Origin: a virus
Taxonomy: Duplodnaviria; Heunggongvirae; Uroviricota; Caudoviricetes
Length of the DNA: 47,754 bases
Virus record (IMG/VR): IMGVR_UViG_2778261224_000004
Reading direction: 5' to 3' (one strand)
Positions 21,450 to 29,563 of this stretch are shown here, piece after piece. The notes below the pieces were generated by a model. The model ran no database searches and was not told the DNA's origin. It saw only the letters and a list, made by a program, of their open reading frames with translations. The translations under genes were made by a program, and so were the position numbers. Position 1 is the stretch's first letter. Every line of letters begins with the position of its first letter.

Positions 21450-22030
21450 CCATTAGCAAGATACTGAACAAATCCCTCATGCGTTTCATGCGCGTCGTGG
21501 TACTGACGATAAACATCCAGCAACAATGCAATTTCCATATCCGTCGCGGGAATACGTTCTTTATCAATAGCCAGGTACTTAATTTGAACAACAGGGGAAG
21601 AATTATCGTCTTCTTCCTGCGGCTGTTCATCGCTTAACATTTCGTCAAGCTCTGCATCATTAAACCCAAGCAGATCAATATCAAAATCATCATCCATTAA
21701 CTCTTTGACTTCTTCGGCCAGAAGCTGCATATCCCAGCCAGCATTTAAGGCCAGCTTGTTATCTGCAATCCTGTAAGCCTTCTTCTGTTTTTCAGAAAGG
21801 TTACTCAACCGAATCGCCGGAACTTTATCCATTTCCAGAATTTCGGCTGCTGCAAGCCGCCCATGCCCCGCAATCAGTTCATTCTTTTCATCGATCAGCA
21901 CAGGATTAGTGAAACCGAACTCACGGATACTGTTCACCAACTGTTCAACTTGCTCATCTGAATGAGTCCGTGAATTTTTGGCATATCTGAGCAACTTACC
22001 GACTGGTAAATATTCGATTTTTAGAGCCAT
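21440..22030 (-). CDS. ParB-like nuclease domain (ParB/Srx fold) protein
   Basis: 196-aa ORF; motif ..YAKNSRTHSDEQVEQLVNSIREFGFTNPVLIDE..LIAGHGRLAAA..; paralog of 24697..25320. Confidence 0.7.
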   Translation of the reverse strand: MALKIEYLPVGKLLRYAKNSRTHSDEQVEQLVNSIREFGFTNPVLIDEKNELIAGHGRLAAAEILEMDKVPAIRLSNLSEKQKKAYRIADNKLALNAGWDMQLLAEEVKELMDDDFDIDLLGFNDAELDEMLSDEQPQEEDDNSSPVVQIKYLAIDKERIPATDMEIALLLDVYRQYHDAHETHEGFVQYLANGCK

Positions 22031-22587
22031 TTTTTAACCGCCATAACACAACAGGTTAAAGAAAACTGTTTAACTTATTGATACTAAAAGAGAAAAATGA
22101 CGATCTTTTTACTCATAAAAAATCACACAAACCAGCATAATTATCTGATTTTATTAAGTTTTTATAAGTAAAAAGGATCTTGCGATGGTGTTTTGGTTAA
22201 AAGATTGGATGTATTTGCATGATTTATAACGATTTTTATCAGAACAACATTACATTGGTTAAAGATCTGCGCGTATCTTGATGATCTAAAAGAAAATTTT
22301 CTACTTTCTTTTTACCAGCACAAATACAGCAAAAAATCACGTTTTCCCGATATTTTTCAATGAGATGAGTAAATTTCTTTTACCGCAACTTTTAACCTAA
22401 CTTTTTTCACGTTTAGCTAGCCGAACATCGGGGTTCGAATGACCCGCATCCAACGCTTTTGGCCAGAAGGACCCAATTCTGCCGGACGATGAAACGATGC
22501 TCGTGCTCCCCCACAGACAGCCAGCGAGCGACGCTACAGAACACAGTGAATACACTCTGCATAACAACACCATCAACCACACGATGA
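22031..22587. other. 557-bp AT-rich non-coding gap inside the late gene block (candidate cos/packaging or regulatory region)
   Basis: No convincing ORF; AT-rich with several GATC sites. Confidence 0.3.
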
Positions 22588-23307
22588 TTAACGAGAGAAG
22601 GTCTTAGAAAGAATGTCATCAATCGCCTTTGTGACTTCATCAGCAAACGCATCCTCACCAGCACGCAGCGCCACGCCATGCCAATCAAGACGCTGCGAAT
22701 AGTTAGGTTGCTGGATAAACGTAAGGATCAACGTAGGACGCCGCCCAACGCGCTGCCAGACGCCTGGTTGAAGCGGGTTACTTGTACCAGGTCGAACAAC
22801 AAAAAACTCCGTAGGCTTGCCCTGACGGCGATTTTGATGCGCATCTCGCTGAACTCTTAGGCCAGATAAGACCTGCTGTAATTGCCCCCGCGAAATATTC
22901 CCGTATTTGTCCAGCTTTGCGCCGGGACCAGGAGCAAGCTGCCAGCCGTTAGGCAAATATCCACCAGCCCTTAGCGCCCCTTCTGAGCGTTTGTACTGTC
23001 GTTGGCCACCTTCGATTTGCGGAGTCAACGTTACAGGGGCTGGCGTTCCTCCCCATTCACGAGCATACACAATGGCTGTAGGATCACTCTTCTTTGCGGC
23101 CAAAACGTAAGTAGAGTTCTGAATCCACGGCGTGGGCCTGTCAAATACCCGATTAATTTCATTCTTAATCGCAGCCTGAGAAGCCTTTGCCGTTCTGGTT
23201 GCCGCAAGCGCCATTGCGAACGGCAATTCGCGTTCTTCAAGGCGCTGGAGTTGTCGTTGAATATCCTGAGAAGAAAAATCCATCTTTATCTCAATTCTGT
23301 CAGCCAC
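22588..23307 (-). CDS. Hypothetical protein
   Basis: 239-aa ORF between ParB-methyltransferase fusion and the AT-rich gap. Confidence 0.45.
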   Translation of the reverse strand: MADRIEIKMDFSSQDIQRQLQRLEERELPFAMALAATRTAKASQAAIKNEINRVFDRPTPWIQNSTYVLAAKKSDPTAIVYAREWGGTPAPVTLTPQIEGGQRQYKRSEGALRAGGYLPNGWQLAPGPGAKLDKYGNISRGQLQQVLSGLRVQRDAHQNRRQGKPTEFFVVRPGTSNPLQPGVWQRVGRRPTLILTFIQQPNYSQRLDWHGVALRAGEDAFADEVTKAIDDILSKTFSR

Positions 23308-23323
23308 CAGCGCCTCCTACACA

Positions 23324-24703
23324 CTACTTAATCAACGGCCGGAAAGCCGCCAGCACATCATCAGATCGTCCGATTGTTGAACCACCAGGCAACGGCAACT
23401 CAAACTCAAAACGAACAGCTTTCTCCAGACTCGCCCAACTAAGGGAATCATCGTTAATAACGTGCAAATACCAGCTCTTACAGTTGAATATTGACCGCTT
23501 AATCCTGAAACCATGTACACGACACAACTGCTTCACTTCATCATCAGAGTGAAACTTCTGGTAAAACCAGTGCCCCTTCCGGTACAACGCGGTAAAACCG
23601 TTATGATCAATAAAATAAAGCCGGCTTTTGGAACTCGCAGCTTGTGTTTGCTTCAGGACTGTTTCCAGCTCTCCACGGCTACGGCCAGAAAAGAATATTG
23701 ACCCACCAGCTTTACACAAGCCTTTCAGAACCGTCAGAACGGACCATTCAGCCTCGACACTATCGACCGAGTTCAAAACGCTATCGCAAATCACGTAGTC
23801 GTAACGCCCTCGCGTTTTTAAGTCGTCCACCAGCGTATCAATCATCCGGTTTGTTGCGGTCCTATCCAGAGTGTTTCCAGCGCCCTTACGGCGGAAAAGC
23901 TCGAGATCATGCAGGTTATATCCCTTTGCCCTGAGCATTCGCGCGTAGTCTCCCTGCCCCGAACCAAAATCAATTCCTCTTGGCGTCTTGGCAACGATCG
24001 GGAGGATCAACGACTCATACAGATTTGATTTCAGGCTGCCACCATTACGCAACCGCATAAGCTGCGCATACGTCTGGATGTATGTTGTTTTCTCCAGATG
24101 AGAATACTCAAATACACCATAAGTTTTATTCAGATAACTTTGGTATTTTTCCTTCTCAACATCAGGGATCACAAACACCGTTAGCGGTGTGCGCGTCATT
24201 TTCGCTGCTAATGCATACTGAGCACAGTGAATAACCTCACCAGACTGAGTAGCAACACAACCACCCCACGGACCATACTTGATAACCAGTTCCGCTATGT
24301 TCTTTCGAACATATGCCATTTTCGCGCGCATATTGCCTGAGATCTGGCTTGCCGATACCTGAACAAAACCATGCTTATCTTCCAGACCGGACACCCTGCA
24401 ACGCTCATCTCCGCTATCAAAATCCGTTCCGTTATGCAGTTGGTTAAACCGTACTTCGTCGTATACCGTCGTTTCACAGGGCAACACATACACCGCAGCA
24501 CGCGTTATTCCCAACTTACGTAGCGCCTTCGTCCTTTGGTGTCCCGCCACCAGCAAATCGCCGCGCACTATCAATGGCTTCACAAGCCCCAGCTCCCTGA
24601 CGCTTTCCGCCAGCCTCGCAAGATCATCCTCACCGATAAAACGCGGGTTATATTCCGCGCCGCGTAGGTGCGTTATGTCGTAATTGAGGTGAAGCATCAG
24701 CAC
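23324..24703 (-). CDS. ParB-like N-terminal domain fused to a class I SAM-dependent methyltransferase domain
   Basis: 459-aa ORF; N-terminal ParB-like ..LVAGHQRTKAL..; C-terminal Rossmann methyltransferase motif I GIDFGSGQGDYA and motif II-like YDYVICDSVL; no DPPY/DPPW or PCQ motif seen. Confidence 0.65.
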   Translation of the reverse strand: MLMLHLNYDITHLRGAEYNPRFIGEDDLARLAESVRELGLVKPLIVRGDLLVAGHQRTKALRKLGITRAAVYVLPCETTVYDEVRFNQLHNGTDFDSGDERCRVSGLEDKHGFVQVSASQISGNMRAKMAYVRKNIAELVIKYGPWGGCVATQSGEVIHCAQYALAAKMTRTPLTVFVIPDVEKEKYQSYLNKTYGVFEYSHLEKTTYIQTYAQLMRLRNGGSLKSNLYESLILPIVAKTPRGIDFGSGQGDYARMLRAKGYNLHDLELFRRKGAGNTLDRTATNRMIDTLVDDLKTRGRYDYVICDSVLNSVDSVEAEWSVLTVLKGLCKAGGSIFFSGRSRGELETVLKQTQAASSKSRLYFIDHNGFTALYRKGHWFYQKFHSDDEVKQLCRVHGFRIKRSIFNCKSWYLHVINDDSLSWASLEKAVRFEFELPLPGGSTIGRSDDVLAAFRPLIK

Positions 24704-25320
24704 ACCTCCCCAGCCAGCAATGCGGATACAAATCCGATATAGCTGCCATTATCATCAACATAACGAGACACCGCGCAGTCAAAACGATCCGCTTCCTCAT
24801 CCGTTGCCGGGATTTTATGACCTCCAAATGACAGGTACTGAACTTTTACGCCTGATTTGGCCTCATCCTTCTCAAATGGGATATCCATACCCTCTGTGTC
24901 ATCGTAGACCGCCGCACTCAATAAGTTATCCAGTTCGCGCTGAGTAAAACCAATTGAGTCCAGAGAAAAATCATCGGCCGCAAGATCTGCAAGCTCCGCG
25001 CTTAACAACTCTTCATCCCAACCAGCATTCAGCGGAATACGGTTGTCGGCCAGACGATATGCCTTCTTCTGATTCTCCGTTAGCCCAGCCAGAACAATGC
25101 AGGGAACATCATCCATCCCCAACTGAGTGGCCGCAGCAATTCGACCATGACCAGCAATTACAACGTTGTTCTCGTCTATCAGGATCGGATTAGTCCATCC
25201 GTACTCCTGTATGCTGGCAACAATCTGATCTACCTGCTCCACGGAGTGTGTGCGAGCGTTCTTTTCATAACCAATCAACACAGAAAGTGGTAAAGAAACC
25301 ACATTAAGTTGTTTTGTCAT
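24697..25320 (-). CDS. ParB-like nuclease domain (ParB/Srx fold) protein
   Basis: 207-aa ORF; ..YEKNARTHSVEQVDQIVASIQEYGWTNPILIDE..VIAGHGRIAAA.. Confidence 0.7.
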   Translation of the reverse strand: MTKQLNVVSLPLSVLIGYEKNARTHSVEQVDQIVASIQEYGWTNPILIDENNVVIAGHGRIAAATQLGMDDVPCIVLAGLTENQKKAYRLADNRIPLNAGWDEELLSAELADLAADDFSLDSIGFTQRELDNLLSAAVYDDTEGMDIPFEKDEAKSGVKVQYLSFGGHKIPATDEEADRFDCAVSRYVDDNGSYIGFVSALLAGEVC

Positions 25321-25554
25321 GCCGTTTATCCGCTAAAATCCCCTCGCTTGTGCAAGCAAGTGGGCCTCGGTTTGTATCCACGGCACCCTGTGGGTATGAA
25401 TGACTGTCGTCAGGTCGCAACTGACGGCGGTCGCCCACCTTCCAGTAATAAAAAAGCCACCAGCATTAACTCCACAATGAGCTGGAGTTAATGAGGCAGC
25501 TTTGGTTTGCGCATTATCGCAGCCCCTGATAAGCACAAGAGCTGCTGTAATGCG

Positions 25555-25965
25555 TTACTCTGGTATCAAACAGATGTGGCCGTTATTTACCTCAATACGG
25601 GAATATTCCGGCTTACCATCCACGATTCCGGTAATGACAAGTTCGCCATCAGGCGACCATTCTTCTTTGTCGTCTTCAAGTACCGCGCCTTCTGGCAAAT
25701 CAATACAGGCAAAAACAGGGCAGCCAGGATGACGTTTATCCTCCATCGCAATCAGCATCGACTCACCGAACCACTCTGTGGTAGCACGGCCATCAGCCGC
25801 CTGATAGTGAATCAGATACTGGTTTTCGCCATTTGCATACTGAGCACGGGCTTTAACTTCTCCCCATTCGTCACTGATACGCATTGTTACCAGTTGGGAT
25901 AATTCAAACTTAAACGGAACAGCATCTGCACCAATGGCAATCGGTTTATCTTCTTTCTTTTCCAT
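25555..25965 (-). CDS. Hypothetical protein (start moved to Met preceded by AGGTGA RBS)
   Basis: ORF track gives 25555..26034; the upstream part overlaps an intrinsic terminator, and the Met at 25965 has an RBS 5 nt upstream. Confidence 0.45.
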   Translation of the reverse strand: MEKKEDKPIAIGADAVPFKFELSQLVTMRISDEWGEVKARAQYANGENQYLIHYQAADGRATTEWFGESMLIAMEDKRHPGCPVFACIDLPEGAVLEDDKEEWSPDGELVITGIVDGKPEYSRIEVNNGHICLIPE

Positions 25966-25975
25966 AACATCACCT

Positions 25976-26006
25976 GAAAATAAAAAGCCCCGCGACACCG
26001 CGAGGC
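25976..26006 (-). terminator. Rho-independent terminator (minus strand)
   Basis: 8-bp GC-rich stem (one mismatch) with 4-nt loop followed by TTTTTATTTT on the minus strand. Confidence 0.55.
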
Positions 26007-26014
26007 TGTAAGAG

Positions 26015-26167
26015 TTACTTTCGATAGAAATCAAGGCGCAATTGCTCCCGCTTACGCCGAAAAGCTCTCTGCGCCACTAAGATGCGCCACAGGACACCAG
26101 CGATAACCACCAGCGAGATACAAAAACACACGGCCACAACCATCAGAAAAATGCCAACACCATTCAT
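26015..26167 (-). CDS. Small hydrophobic (membrane) protein, 50 aa
   Basis: Hand translation MNGVGIFLMVVAVCFCISLVVIAGVLWRILVAQRAFRRKREQLRLDFYRK; ATGA start/stop overlap with upstream ORF; not in ORF track (<60 aa). Confidence 0.4.
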   Translation of the reverse strand: MNGVGIFLMVVAVCFCISLVVIAGVLWRILVAQRAFRRKREQLRLDFYRK

Positions 26168-26421
26168 GAAACTATCCATTCTTCAATGAATATCTCCAGT
26201 AATATCAAGAGATACGCCGTTCCCAGCGCGGTTCCTACCGATATAGCTAAGACAAACCTCAAAGATAACGAGGTGTCCTTCGCTTTTCTCCAGACGTAAG
26301 CGCCAGCCAGAAATACCAACAAATCTCTTATTGGAAGCGGAAACCAGAACAAATCACTCGGCAAGTCCACGGTTATATCCTTCCATTCATTTTTATCGGG
26401 TGACCAGATAGCCTTAGGCAA
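26164..26421 (-). CDS. Hypothetical membrane protein
   Basis: 85-aa ORF with hydrophobic C-terminal half; start uncertain (overlaps previous ORF by 49 nt). Confidence 0.4.
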   Translation of the reverse strand: MPKAIWSPDKNEWKDITVDLPSDLFWFPLPIRDLLVFLAGAYVWRKAKDTSLSLRFVLAISVGTALGTAYLLILLEIFIEEWIVS

Positions 26422-26828
26422 TTGAGCTGTAAAGCTCCTGTATCAACTAAATGATCAACTAACATGATTAGAGATTCATATTCAGCCAGATAGCTAACCT
26501 GACGCATTCGACCGCCGTTGTTCTCCAGAATGTCAGCCACCTTTGCAGCCAACTCGCTTAGACAGAAGAACTTATTCCCATATATCGTTTTATACTCGCG
26601 CTTCTGGCATTCTTCGGCTTGCGGCTGGTTATCGAGAGCTATCAGCGACCGATGGCTATCAATGAAGTCCACAATCTCATTCAGGCATTCTTTAGCTGCC
26701 TCATCGTGACTTTTTCCGTATGCTTCACGGAGGACTTTCATCCTCATCATTGCTCCGTCACATATAGTCGAAAGCGCGTAAAGCACATCACTAACCGCCA
26801 TTTCTTTTTTGGTGCTTGTCGAAGGCAT
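26373..26828 (-). CDS. Hypothetical protein
   Basis: 151-aa ORF in accessory block. Confidence 0.45.
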   Translation of the reverse strand: MPSTSTKKEMAVSDVLYALSTICDGAMMRMKVLREAYGKSHDEAAKECLNEIVDFIDSHRSLIALDNQPQAEECQKREYKTIYGNKFFCLSELAAKVADILENNGGRMRQVSYLAEYESLIMLVDHLVDTGALQLNCLRLSGHPIKMNGRI

Positions 26829-26902
26829 CCCATGTTCTCCTTTGTCTGGATGTAAAAAAGCCCCGGCAATTGCCGAGGCTCGTTGTTCGTTATCGTTACG
26901 GT

Positions 26903-27103
26903 TTAATGCTCGCGTCGTCCGGCGACAACTTCGGATTTGTATTTCAGGTCGCCCAGCAAGAATTGCAGTTTAAGCATCTTTGCCGCCGTGTAGTTCCCTG
27001 ATTCCACAACCTCTTTCATGAGGTCATAAACGGCCGCTACATCATCAGCCAGGAACTCTTTGCGTTGCTGCTCAGTCGCACGTTTGAAGGAAATACGCAT
27101 CAC
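26903..27103 (-). CDS. Hypothetical protein
   Basis: 66-aa ORF, ATGA overlap with upstream gene. Confidence 0.4.
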   Translation of the reverse strand: MMRISFKRATEQQRKEFLADDVAAVYDLMKEVVESGNYTAAKMLKLQFLLGDLKYKSEVVAGRREH

Positions 27104-27369
27104 TCATCATCTCCTGCCGCACATACAACCTCACAAAAAAAATCAGCAGAATGTTTCTCCTTGAACGAATGACGCTCAAAACCGCACTCAATATCAGGCG
27201 CAAAAACATCCACCACATACGGTCTTTCAGAATGTTTGTTTTCCCAACGATAAACCGTAGTGACGTTGAAATGTTTTAACGCTTCACGGAACTCAACGCT
27301 GCCCGTCAGGTTTTTTGAGGTCAGGTATTGCAGGAGGTTTTTTACTACTTCACGGTCTTGTACTTTCAT
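27100..27369 (-). CDS. Hypothetical protein, first gene after repeat copy A
   Basis: 89-aa ORF; GGAG RBS 8 nt upstream of ATG inside the conserved 112-bp cassette. Confidence 0.45.
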   Translation of the reverse strand: MKVQDREVVKNLLQYLTSKNLTGSVEFREALKHFNVTTVYRWENKHSERPYVVDVFAPDIECGFERHSFKEKHSADFFCEVVCAAGDDE

Positions 27370-27478
27370 CGGGTTATCTCCGGTTTAACCAGGGCGGGTA
27401 TCGCTCGGTTTCGGGTATAACCATAGGAAATTTTTTCCCATCTGTAAAGCACTTTTTATATAAATCTATAATTATATA
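27367..27478 (-). promoter_or_regulatory. Conserved ~112-bp promoter/leader cassette, copy A
   Basis: More than 95 percent identical to 34245..34355 and 43156..43267; contains AT-rich motif, TTTACA-N17-TATGGT promoter-like hexamers, leader and RBS. Confidence 0.55.
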
Positions 27479-27481
27479 ATT

Positions 27482-28069
27482 CTATGACACTTGCCAGAGA
27501 GCATCATGCAACTGGATACCTCCGTTGCACTGGTTGCCCCAGCCATGCCAGCCATCAGGTAAATCACCGCGAGCAAACAGCTCAATACGAGGAACATCGC
27601 CTAACAGCTTTACCAGCTTGTCACGGACCACATCAGGCTTCCGAGAATGCTCCAGACGAGGCGATGTAAACGACTGAATGATCCCCGCATCAAGACGTGT
27701 CGGTAGTTTGCCTTTCACTGCAAACAAGCAATCTTCACTGTTTGCACGAGTCATATGCCCCATCCCCATCACCAGCTTATCTGGTTGTCGGCTACCACAT
27801 TTGTTCCATGTGAAGCCCTTCATGGTCATCAGCCTGAATCCCCATGCTTTCACCACCAGCAACGCTTCTTCTGGCTGAGTCGGAACCCACCACATGGCCA
27901 ACAAACACGATTCAGGATTAGCAAGCTGCCAGACAGGAATACGAGCAATATCCTCAGCTTTCATCGTTGGATACTTAAAACCAGCGCCACGATTCCCATC
28001 CTTACACTTGTCTTTGTATTCCCAGGGGGGATCTGCATAAATCAGATTAAACAATGCAATTGCCTCCAT
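27482..28069 (-). CDS. MT-A70-family N6-adenine DNA methyltransferase
   Basis: 195-aa ORF with catalytic motif YADPPWEY near the N-terminus. Confidence 0.7.
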   Translation of the reverse strand: MEAIALFNLIYADPPWEYKDKCKDGNRGAGFKYPTMKAEDIARIPVWQLANPESCLLAMWWVPTQPEEALLVVKAWGFRLMTMKGFTWNKCGSRQPDKLVMGMGHMTRANSEDCLFAVKGKLPTRLDAGIIQSFTSPRLEHSRKPDVVRDKLVKLLGDVPRIELFARGDLPDGWHGWGNQCNGGIQLHDALWQVS

Positions 28070-28376
28070 GTTAGTTGTGTCTCCGGCGCTTATCTCCGGC
28101 AGTCATAACGCTGGCCAGCTCTACAGCAAACACAACGAAAAGGGCGCTAACCAGACTGATTAATGCCCTTGCCTGTTGTGTGCCGGATATCGCCCGACAA
28201 CGCTGTTTTGGTAACACGGCTACAGTTCCGTGCCGCTCCAGCTTTTACCCCTTTGCGGATAACAGGCCCTGCCTGTAACTTAGCCCCACGTTCGCCCGAA
28301 ATGCGCACCAGGCACGCATAAAGATGAGCACGAAGAAGTAACTCCACCGCGCTTATCTTTATGTGTGAGAGTGAAT

Positions 28377-28452
28377 TGGTGGCCCCTACCGGATTTGAAC
28401 CGATGACCGTGCGATTATGAGTCGCCTGCTCTAACCACTGAGCTAAGGGGCC
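28377..28452 (-). tRNA. tRNA with CAT anticodon (Met or lysidine-type Ile2), encoded CCA end
   Basis: Hand-folded cloverleaf GGCCCCTTAGCTCAGTGGTTAGAGCAGGCGACTCATAATCGCACGGTCATCGGTTCAAATCCGGTAGGGGCCACCA: 7-bp acceptor stem, D arm, anticodon loop CTCATAA, T loop TTCAAAT. Confidence 0.85.
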
Positions 28453-28461
28453 ATATTTGAT

Positions 28462-28545
28462 TTGTTTGTCTGGTGTGGCGCCGCGCACGAAAATCCCAGC
28501 CAATAAATTCAGGATTTTTGGGCGCGGCGGCATATCAGACAAACA
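28462..28545. repeat. 84-bp imperfect palindrome (nested inverted repeats) next to the tRNA 5' end
   Basis: Inner arms 28477-28496 and 28512-28530 (about 19 bp, GC-rich), outer arms 28462-28472 and 28536-28545. Confidence 0.5.
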
Positions 28546-28621
28546 TGGTTGATGCGTGCGCCCATGAGAAAAGCGCATAGAATGTTGTAACTATATATTT
28601 ATATAATTATAGAAATATATA

Positions 28622-28831
28622 TTACTTTGGACAGTTGATTTCCCATGCCATGTTATGAGCCAGAATATCTTTCTTTGTCTGGCGGTCCATAACATCGATG
28701 TCGTGATCAGTCAGGTAGATGGGCTTTACCCAATCACAGGCGGTATCAACCACCACCGGGACGCTTCCACGACTCCCGCAGCTCGCGATCAACATCGTCA
28801 TCAGCCATATGGTTAACACTCTGCTGTACAT
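28622..28831 (-). CDS. Rz1-like outer-membrane lipoprotein (o-spanin candidate)
   Basis: 69-aa ORF with signal peptide and lipobox LIASC, in the +1 frame overlapping the 3' end of the Rz-like gene. Confidence 0.5.
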   Translation of the reverse strand: MYSRVLTIWLMTMLIASCGSRGSVPVVVDTACDWVKPIYLTDHDIDVMDRQTKKDILAHNMAWEINCPK

Positions 28832-29024
28832 TCCCCACCTCTTTTGTCACTTCTATACGCCGCTCCGCAGTGGCTTTTACGGCGGCTGCATTCTCATTAA
28901 TGCGCTGCTTTTCAGCTTCATCTTCGGCCTTTTCTCGCCCTTTCATACGACCAAAACCAAACGCGCCGAATGCAACCAATATAATTGTGCCAATAAATGA
29001 CAACACGGCCTTCAAACCAGTCAT
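28746..29024 (-). CDS. Rz-like inner-membrane spanin (i-spanin candidate)
   Basis: 92-aa ORF with N-terminal TM segment and charged periplasmic part, ATGA overlap with endolysin stop. Confidence 0.5.
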   Translation of the reverse strand: MTGLKAVLSFIGTIILVAFGAFGFGRMKGREKAEDEAEKQRINENAAAVKATAERRIEVTKEVGNVQQSVNHMADDDVDRELRESWKRPGGG

Positions 29025-29563
29025 ACCACCACTCGCTCTTTCATCCAGCCGTAGACAAACGACTCATTAGCCTCGCGCTTCTCCGCCAACTCCAGATAGC
29101 GTTCGCCCTGCGTACAGTTCAGCGACGTCAGCATCACCCGTTCGCCGTCTTTTCCCCGATTCCCAAGATAAGCACGTAGCGCATTAATGGTACGTGGACC
29201 GATTCGTCCGTCTGCATCCAAATCGGGATACAGCTTCCCGCGCAGGTTGAACACATTCAGCCAGCGTTGAAGCATTTTTGACGCCACTATTGGCCCCATG
29301 TTCACCCCCGTGTCACACAGCTCTGCGGCAATATCAGAGGATAATGCGGCCACCTGATCAAAGCGTGGTCCGTACCAGTAATCAGCCTCAAGGATTTCCA
29401 GTGCCTGTTCGCGGGTTAAATCGCGCATATCGCCACGGTATCCATGAGCACGGGCAGAGTTCTGAGTAATGCCCCACTTTGTTGGGCCTCCCTTGTCGTC
29501 AGGGTGATCCACATAGCCGCCCTCTTTTCCAAGAACGCTGTTAAAAATCTCATCTTTGGTCAT
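29021..29563 (-). CDS. Endolysin, GH108 family with peptidoglycan-binding domain
   Basis: 180-aa ORF; N-terminal ..GKEGGYVDHPDDKGGPTKWGIT.. typical of GH108 lysozymes. Confidence 0.75.
   Translation of the reverse strand: MTKDEIFNSVLGKEGGYVDHPDDKGGPTKWGITQNSARAHGYRGDMRDLTREQALEILEADYWYGPRFDQVAALSSDIAAELCDTGVNMGPIVASKMLQRWLNVFNLRGKLYPDLDADGRIGPRTINALRAYLGNRGKDGERVMLTSLNCTQGERYLELAEKREANESFVYGWMKERVVV

Noticed and set aside
28377-28545. tRNA plus palindrome as an attP / integration module
   Set aside because: The tRNA is complete with its own CCA end rather than a 3' fragment, and no integrase or excisionase gene exists anywhere in the circle
28147-28578. 143-aa minus-strand ORF spanning the tRNA and the palindrome
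   Set aside because: Overlaps a well-folded tRNA gene and a long palindrome; translation has no protein-like features
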